A stretch of 64,000 bases of DNA, taken from assembly GCA_002189035.1 (NCBI GenBank), contig NEEC01000011.1:1426001-1490000 (forward strand), read 5' to 3'. The number at the start of each line of letters is the position of its first letter. Position 1 is the stretch's first letter. The notes beneath the pieces were generated by a model, which saw nothing but the letters and a program-made list of their open reading frames with translations, made no database searches and was not told where the DNA came from. The DNA comes from Utricularia gibba. Taxonomy: Eukaryota > Plantae > Magnoliophyta. The position numbers and the translations under genes were made by a program. Below, in pieces: positions 55,011-64,000 of the stretch.

Positions 55011-58000
55011 TCAGAAAAGGTCTTCTGCTAACTCGTTCACCAGACAAGTTAGTACGGTTTCCTCTATCTCTAAGCCTTCTTCAAAGGTCTCCCCCTCAAA
55101 ATCAATCCATTTCCCCTCCCCGAAGCTCATATCTTTGTCCACAAGCTCATCCACCATCTTCTCCTCCTCGTTCGCCCAGGTTGATATTTCTCTGTACACT
55201 TCTTCAGCTAGCCACTGCTTCTGTCGTAGCACGCTCCTCCGCTTGGACCAGACTCGGAAGCTTCGTCCCAGAAGGCTGCCGGCCTTCCCTTCCACCCACT
55301 CGAACACACAGTCAAAGAGTGCTCTGCGTTCGAGTTCTTCGGTGTCACAGTATAGATGCTTTTTTTGGTTCTCTAGCTGGCGAAACATGGTGGAAGGTGT
55401 CAGCTTGTCAGGTTGCTGTTTCAGAGCGAGCTCATCGGTGAGAATGTCTGTGTTCTCGAGTATGTCTCCAATATACAGCAGTCGCCAGTTCAAAGAAGGA
55501 TCTTTGGGATTTATCATGTACGACCAGGGTGTAGTGTTTTCAGATAACGCTCCAACTGAGACTGAAGACGCGGTATCTAAAGCCTCACATTCACCTTCAG
55601 TAAGCTGCGATTTTCTCGTACAACTCCAGCGTGTCTCTTCATTTGAATATTGGCCTGAAAATCATTCTCTAGATTAAATCACATCACGAGAGATAATAAG
55701 TAATTTCAGATCATTACGCTATTCAAACCACATGGAAACATGAACAGAGCATTTTTCACAAACCCAAGTCCAATCTGCGCATCATCATGTGAAGAAGTAC
55801 TACAATACGCTTTCCTGTCAGTTGTTTTCTTGAAATTCATGCACATTCGACTATTTAAAAATAAGAAGCACACAATTTGCATGGATCAATGCTGAAGATT
55901 CAACTACGGAAAAAGCTTATATATAGATGGTAGCTTTACCTTCAATGGAGCTTTCATCTACTTCAAAGGAATCAGAAGCACCACCATAAAAGGAGGGCTG
56001 GCTTGAAAAAGAGAGGGAGGCTTGTGGAGTTAGAGATTTCTGGTGCTCCATGTTAATGCCATGACAATTAGCTTCCAAGCACTCCAGCGTCTGAAAAATG
56101 AAGGCCCAAAGCATCAGAATAAACTAATATTTACATGTATTATTAGCATTGCTCTTGACTAACTTTGACACAAAAGAATAGTCCACTCATCTCAGCACTT
56201 AATCTAAGATAACATGTATATATCAATGGATTCCGTAAATTTAAGTCAGACCATCTGTGTCATTATCTGATGCAAAGGTAACAAGATGTATAATGCTCTA
56301 ACCTCAAGATCATTTGACCAGGGGCCAATGCTTGAAGCACAATCCGCAGTAGAACTAAGGATTTGTTGCTTGTTGATGCATGCATTGTTGTCGTTTTGCA
56401 TGAACTTCACAGAACTTGGGCTCGATGGTACATCTTCACTGCCATATGTAGGAGCAGAAAATCTGGACTGCTCTTGGGACAGCAAAACATTGGAAGTCAA
56501 TTCTCTCAGCTTTTGTTCCAAAAGCGCACTTAGTGAATCTCCACTAACAGTAGCATTAGCTCCTGAGGAAGATGCAGTAGAAATGCTAAAATCAGTCCCA
56601 TGCCCACGCAGGTTGGAACTGGGAAACATGGAGCTATCTGAAGCAAAGATTGTGTCACGCAGGTTGGAGCCACCACAGGACTTTTTGATTGGTGATGTAA
56701 ACGTGAATGACACAACGTCCAAAGTCTTCTTCTTTCCAATTTCATCCCATTCAGAATTAGCTTCATAGGAATCATATCTGGATGAGTTGGATGCTTTCAT
56801 TTGTGTAGCCTTTTCATCAGCATTTCCAAACATCTGAACATTACCATTTGTAGGCAGTTTTTTCTTACCACTGTTCTTTGGGCTTAAAGATGAAGACTGC
56901 CTCACGGTATCAGGAGCCACAATGTTCATCTTCCTGGATGTTACGATGTTGCTGACAACAATCTTATCTATTGCCTGACTTACTCGCCCCTGGGGATTAA
57001 TGGTGGATGGATTGGACTCTTTTCTCATTTTCGAGTGACAAAAGGGTGATTCAAAAGTATCATTCCCTTCTGCTGATGCACGGTTTTGCTTCTGGTTATT
57101 TAACCTCAACGCTTCAGAACTCCTTGAAGTATTCCTTTTCACTCTCTTTGGTGGATCAGTAATATTCCGACTAGAACTAGCCAGCTTGGCATCATTATGT
57201 TCTTTTTGTTTTCCAAAACTTTTGCTAGAAACTGAAACTGATCCATTTCTTCTCTGGATGCTCATCTTTCCCTGCTGAACTGCAGGAGAGCCTGCCCTGT
57301 CCTTGACCCTGGATCTTTGTGAGCCTACACCTCTACATTCTTCAGAACTCCTAAAATTGTCTTCTGACCGTTCCTGGACCCTGGAATACACTTGATTCTT
57401 TTTTCCAGAATTCAGCTCTTTTGCTTTGTACGGCATGCCAAATGTTCGAGATGATCTTTCCACAGCCTCCATCCTTTCTCTCAAATCACGATTCCGAAAT
57501 GTAACAGAAGAACCTACAGCTGGTACTGTTTCTTTAAACATTGACCGTGGACTTTGCTCAATCATTTTGGTTGCTGCCTCAATAATATACGCAGCATTTT
57601 TAGGAGGAACAAAACCAGGAGTCTTGATAGGTGAAAGAAGCCGATGGTGGCTCGCACAAGCTGGCTTAGCAGATTTGTGAGGTAACACCTCTGTTTGAAA
57701 CCTCTCTATTGGCATGCTGGGCGCTTTCCTCACCCCATGTTCCAAAGGATTCTGCTTCAAGCCATCCAGTTTATTTCGAACACTCTCAAACACCACAATA
57801 TCATGCTCACCTGGTAACACTTGCGGGGACATCAAATAACCAGGATCTCTGAAAATGTGAGGCCCCAAAAAAGGACTAAGAAAGGGATCATTGACATTTG
57901 AGTTAGGCAATGAGTCCAATCCCATCAAACGTGCCACGACACCAGGTGCCTTTTTTCCGCATTCAGGATCACCATTAGATGGCCCAGAATAGTGGTAACT

Positions 58001-58365
58001 GTTGTCACCTTCAGCTTTTGGAAGAAATCCCTTTTCAAGCTCCTTCAGTTCAAAGGGATGCAAACATAAGTTTAAAATCCTCATCTATAACATGAAGGAA
58101 ACCTTTATCAGAGCTTATTTATGTTCATTACCTGCAGATTTCGTCCAATCAACGAACTCCGGTAATTCTCTTTTCCAGAATTCGAGCTCTCTGCACCACA
58201 AACACTCAGCGGTGGTAAGCTTCAATAATTAACCACATCGGAATGACATAGAGAAACAGTACCTGGGGGATCAGATTTGCTAGAGAATAGCTTCTTTCGA
58301 GATTTGGCATTCCAATCAAACAATTGAAAAAAGCCCCCTTTCATTCCCCTCTTCTCCACCTCCAT
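55011..58365 (-). CDS. TON1-recruiting-motif (TRM) / DUF3741-DUF4378 protein, 898 aa; exons 58365-58263, 58190-58132, 58042-56303, 56090-55940, 55654-55011
   Basis: GGFFQLFDWNAKSRKKLFS, GVVARLMGLDSLP (M1), HHRLLSPIKTPGF, DVVSFTFTSP, RRALFDCVFE and C-terminal IEETVLTCLVNELAEDLF. Phases are consistent. Confidence 0.93.
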
Positions 58366-60609
58366 TTGTCAGCTTAAAAATTTGCAGTTCTACGTGTCTC
58401 AAAGCGACCGGAAACGCAAAGGATTAAAACCTATAAGACTGCGAATCCCCATTCACAACTGCATTGGAAACCCTGAAACAAGATCTGCGAACCATAAACC
58501 CAACCTAATGTAGATACAAATTTGCAAAAAAGAAGAAATTTCCCTTGTTGACTAACAAAACCAGATCAAATGGCGTACAATTTCAAATTTCGTGTGCACC
58601 AGCTGATAAAGAGTGGGAAATTCGGGAGAATCAAGCAAACCCACTTCGCAGAGCAACCCTTTTTATCCGATCTCTGCAATTCCAAGCCACTTTTTCACAT
58701 TCTTACAAGCGTATAATGCAGCTAGAATCCTTGACGCATTTTCCCAAGGCAGCCCGTTAAAAAACGTACCTTCACGTAACGCTCATTCTCAAAACGGGAA
58801 GACTCGGAAAACTTGCAGGCACAGCTTGACGGGAAGAAGTCAAAACAACAGAGCAGGCAAAGCAGCTAAGAATCAAGACGAATATGGGTCCGCCAAGTGC
58901 AGATCTAGTACGATCCAACCAAAACCCGAGTTGGGTCTTTTGAAATGGGTCGCAACCTACCAGTAAAAGAGCCAAGTGAGGGATGCGAAATTCGAAAAAG
59001 CAAAGGAAACTGTTCCAAATCCAATCGCGGATCAGAATTTGTGCTCAGCATCATGGGCATTTCTCAGTTCAATCCATTGGGTACATTTAATATTATTCTT
59101 TTTTCTTTTTTACATTTAATATATAAAATTGACTTCTGAAAAATCTGATAGAATGTACACAATCACGTATGTGATCAACCGCACTTAGTTTGAAAATTAT
59201 ATTAATTGTACTTCAATTTGGACAATTTTAGATTGTTTTGTTATTTAATTTATGTCGGCTTACTAATTCTGTCCCATTTAAAATATGGTAATAATCATAC
59301 CACAAAAACAGTAAGTCAATTTATTCCATTGCACCTTGCAAGAATTGTTAAGGGAATTTGGTAGCATAATAATTATTATTTTTTTAGAATAATAATATGT
59401 GCTTAGAAGATAGATTTTAAAAATTTGTGTTTAAAATGATATTGCATTTGATATGTATATTTTAAATATAAGAAAAAATAAATCAAATTTCAATTAATTA
59501 AGAAAAAATACGTGAAAAAAATATTTTAAATCATATGTGTATTAAAAAAATGCTTACCAAATAGGAAAAAATAGTTGTCAATTCAAATATATTTAGATAC
59601 TTGTTATCATACATGACTTAAATATTTGACCACGTACTCATGTAGTGATTAAACTATGTAATTCACACTTCTCATAGCTTTTTATCATTTTAAGATTATG
59701 GTATTCAATAACCATTGTAGTATTGTTTCTTGTATTATAGAATTATAGAATTAAGTATATCACTAAAGACATTTCAACTATTCTAATAACATATGTTTTT
59801 GTATATTTAATTATAATTCATGTAATATAAACTCTTGTAGACATATGCCAAATATGTCATGGTAATGATTTTCGATTGAATCCTTTTTCTTAATTGTTTA
59901 AGGTCAATATTGAATGATTTCACATAACTCTGAGCTCAGTGATGATCAATTGCATACTTATAAAGGAAAACTTTGCATGAAAATGAATCCAAACTTCAAA
60001 GTTCATGTAAAAAATATAATACAGCAACTATACACATAAAGTTTTATGTAGATGCAGATTTTCTTCAAACTCTATTCCAAAAAGTATTCAATAATATATA
60101 TTTAACTATGAAACATGAAAAAGAAGAAAAATGAAAATTTAGAAGTATAAAAATAATATAACCCTCTCCTTATTTGGTAATGAAGTGATTTTTATAAAGA
60201 GAACATTCAAATCCTTTGTTAGATTTTTTTGGATATATTTAAATTAATTATTTCCTTCAAATCTTTAGTTCCCCATCACCCCTTCCCTAAATGCCCAAAT
60301 AAAAGTATAAAAGATAACAAAACAAAATGTAAACATTCATAAAACAATACAAAAATTATTCCATTTAACTTGAAGATATTATTTTTCTTTAAATTAGATT
60401 CATGTCTTCTCATGCTTATGTTAATATTCTTGGAAGAATTTTACTTTATTATTTTACATATCTTAAGATGAAATCAAATAAATATGTATTATTCTTAATT
60501 TTGTTGTCTATTCACTTTTTAAATCCACTACATACTTCTCTGTTAGATACTATAAAGATAATTAGAAAAACAGCTACTTGAAATATGAATAAGACATACA
60601 CATTATTTG

Positions 60610-60850
60610 AAATCATGATCGTCAAAATTGTTAAGGGCAATCAACCCACTACCATTTTTCAATCAAAAGTATGGAAAATATTATAAATATTGTTAATGTA
60701 AATGCTCATACTACCTACAACTTGAAGTGTATTAAGAATAAGAATAATGAGTTTATAGTGAATGAAATATTTGGAAGCGGTTAATTGATAAATGGGGTAT
60801 TGAATTTCAACCAAATGGAGCAATAAGTATGGATCATTATTAGTAGAGTA
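60610..60850 (+). mobile_element. Degenerate Myb/SANT-like ORF1 of a PIF/Harbinger element
   Basis: Broken frames read IVKGNQPTTIF, KVWKI and YNLKCIKNK, similar to the KGNRP.T.F..GW / K.QLKNK motifs of Harbinger-associated Myb/SANT proteins. Confidence 0.45.
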
Positions 60851-61869
60851 ATTGTAAGTTTTCACTTATAACTATTATTATGTGAATTCAATGTTTATTA
60901 TTTTTTGTAGTTTGAAATCATTTTTTTGATAAAGCATATCTTCTTCTTCATTATGGTGACATATTAGAATGTATGCATCATCATTTTTAATTATTATTTG
61001 TTATATTCCATTTTTTTATAGAAGAACAGTTAATATAACAAATTTTAGGCTACTATGTTATATACCATATATTTCATTATCAAAAGAGCTTAAATTTATT
61101 TATATATTTTGAAGTTGTTCAAGAATTGACAAGAAGATATTTTCATATCTTTAAAGGATTCATACATTAAAAAAGATTATATTGAGAATGAGATTTTGAA
61201 TACACTACCTATATATAGCAATGAGAATATCAGTTTATCTATAACAAGATCTAATGCTATATCATCGCCAAAATGCAAAGATATTTAAATCATAAATTGT
61301 GGGATACTATTTATATTATTAATAGTTTGTTTTTCATGTAGATTAGAGAATTTATCATTACATAAATGTTGGATGATGTTTTTAATTGTGTTTTAATTTA
61401 TATTTATGTTAATATTGAACTTTAGTTATATGTGACTATTGATATTTGAGTATTTCTTCAAGATTGGAACTTAACATCAATTGTTTTTTCTAAGTATAAC
61501 ATTAGCTTTACTTAAAATAATAGCTCAAGATTTGAATAAACACACTTAGAGAATTAAGAGAAAATAAGGAATGCTAATGTTAATGCATTCATCCAATAGA
61601 ATTATATGAACTTACATTTCATGATTGATGAAAGATATTGAGATTCATAGTAACACATATAGAGATTTGAGAAAATGCAAAGTCATTTTTAATGTGTTCA
61701 CTCTCATGAAATTTTAATAGTTTATATCTCATATTGATGAAAGACATTGGGATTCGAACTAACATACATAGACATTTGAGAAAACAGAAAGTTTTCTTCT
61801 TTATAATCACACATGTAGATTGAAAATACCCGCATCTCTTTTTTTTTCAATAATGTTTTTCTTTAACAA

Positions 61870-62870
61870 TATATCATTTCATGACTCTTCCAATAATGAT
61901 GAGAAGAGTAAAGAAACTTGACAACATACAAAGTTAATCAATACCCAAATAGCTCAATTAAAGCTTCTTAGAGATTATCATGAGTGTTTCCTTGTGAAAC
62001 AACCAATGTTTCTATCAATGTTTAATGACTACGATGTTTGCATATATAATGATTTGCGTATACATAGTTGTGTGTTTCTATAATTTTGTAAGATGTATAA
62101 GGATAAATATGGGCTATCCAAAAGGAAATTTTGTTTTTCTATAAGAATTGGTTGCTATTTTCCTAAGAAGGGTGGACAAAGGAGAAGGTTACTCTAATTT
62201 ATAAGAGTTCTTTAGTCGTGAGAAAAATACTATTTATATTGTTTTCTGCAATGTCTTAAAAGCAGTTAATCTTATAGCAGTGGAGTGGATTATGCCAAAA
62301 TATAATAACACACAAATTCATTCTTTTTTCATAAAAGAACCTATGCATTCTTATTTAAGTAATTGTATTTGTGTCATAGATGGAACTCATATTAAAGCAT
62401 GTGTTCATGAAGCTCAAAGGGTCCGATACATTGGTTGTAAGTGTTATCTTACCCAAAACATACTTTTTGTTTGTGATTTAGAAATGTATTTCACTTATAT
62501 TATAACTAGTAGTGAAGGAATAATTTATGATAGTAGAATTCCTATAGATTATATTAATCAAGAGTGTCTTTACTTTCCAGCAATACCCCCAACTAAATAT
62601 TATGTGGATAGAGTAAGAAATCGATTTTTAACCACAACATACATGGTAGATGTTGGATTTGCAAAGACCATTGGATTTATGATACCTTATTATTGTGAAT
62701 GATATCACACACCAGATTTTCAACTCAGAGCAATTAAAGGATACAAAAATCCACGATAGTACTTCAACTCCAGACATTCTTCACTTCGAATTGAGAGATC
62801 ATTTGAAGTATGAAAGAACAGATTCCATTTAGTGTGCAAAAAAATATGAAATTTAAGCATCAAGTGAGGA
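61870..62870 (+). mobile_element. Degenerate PIF/Harbinger DDE transposase
   Basis: CICVIDGTHIK, TQNILFVCDLEMYFTY, EGIIYDSRI, MVDVGF, YHTPDF, FNSRHSSLRIERSF. Stops and frameshifts are present. Confidence 0.85.
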
Positions 62871-63244
62871 TAGTAATTTGCTATGTCATGTGAATGCTTT
62901 TTGTGATTCTATTACGAATCAATTGTCGGCTACTTATCAAAGAAGAATGTGATGTAATGCCTTTAATTTTAGATTTTTCACTATTATATACTTTGATTTG
63001 ATGCTTTATTTAAAAATTATTTACAGTTAACGTGTATTAATATAACAAAATAAAGTATTATAATAATAAAGGGTATACAGTGAACTTAAAATTATAAAGG
63101 TAATTATTTATAATTTACTTCAACAATATAAGTTCTACATATTACTAATTTTAAATAGATTACTTCTATTTATTCTATATCTAATTATACAATAATTTCT
63201 ATTTGTCAATTAAGAAAAAATTATAGATTAAATTCATAGACTAC

Positions 63245-64000
63245 TGATGGTAATTCTACAAGTGCACAGAAACCGTCGAAATAATAAAATAAGATCATAT
63301 CCACAGGAAATTGTTATTGAAATATTCTTTTCAAAACAAAGAGTAAAAAAGATTGGAAACAAAAGAAAGATTGGTTTTTGAAGACAATAAGAAAAGTGAC
63401 CTTGGATCTAAAATCCACCTTACTTGAAACTTGCCCTTGCGTGTGTGCAAACCTTGAAAACTGACCTGCTTGCGCAAGATTTGGGGGTGTTATACTAAAG
63501 TAGTGCTACTCGTTGACCGTTATAGCACCGTCCCTTGTTTTGTAGGATTATGCAATCAACCACGCCACCAGAGCCATTTCACCTCTTGTGATAACCCATG
63601 TTTTCCCCATACCCAAATCTAACCCCTACACCTCATACCTCGCAGACAGATTAGACAGAATGTGTCTTACCAATAATGTCCGATTGAGCCCTTCTCCTTA
63701 GGTGCTTGAGGCCAATCTTTGATTCTCCCACACTCCCTTAGGGTTATATGGTACTAAAAATCACGTTGGTAAAGAAAACGTGTGAAAAACAGAATCAGAC
63801 CTCAAATTAAATGCTGAAAAACATAGTAAGAAAGTCACGCGCGCAGCACTTGCGCAAGCAAGGCTTCACAGCAGATCCTCAGCCGCAAGAGCTCACACGC
63901 GAATGCTTGACTCTAAACAACAAAAGTTGATGAAAAATGAAGGGAAAGGAATCCAAAGCATGCTAGACTCGACTCTAAACCCTAGATTGACTCTCTGGTC
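63245..64000 (-). mobile_element. Second copy of the Athila-like LTR (partial, runs off the window)
   Basis: Starts TGATGGTAATTCTACAAGTGCACAGAAACCGTCGAA and is colinear with 17523 to about 18280 along its whole length, with scattered substitutions. Confidence 0.88.

Overview
Gene-dense eudicot plant nuclear DNA with short introns (mostly 70-110 nt) and very AT-rich, transposon-littered spacers. The species cannot be determined from sequence alone. I can support about 16 protein-coding loci: threonine synthase, an IQD protein, DUF868, a jacalin lectin, MSI4/FVE, casein kinase I (with a 1-nt frameshift), N-myristoyltransferase, a 62-aa small protein, DUF1677, guanosine deaminase GSDA, CYP94B, SRC2-like C2 protein, an uncharacterised 7-exon gene, an ATL RING-H2 ligase, exosome RRP42 and a TRM/DUF3741-DUF4378 protein. 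There is also a TAF9 pseudogene. Mobile DNA comprises a Copia relic, a solo Ty3/Athila-type LTR with a perfect TSD plus a second copy at the window end, a complete non-autonomous MULE with TSD and a palindromic tandem array, a MULE transposase relic, a PIF/Harbinger relic and MITEs. The most notable observations are a GSDA gene carrying three intact tandem paralogues of its 60-nt second exon, a 485-nt fold-back (hpRNA or young MIRNA candidate) downstream of RRP42, the CK1 frameshift, and a duplicated NMT 3' region that preserves a stem-loop. Family assignments come from recalled motif knowledge; no database searches were run.
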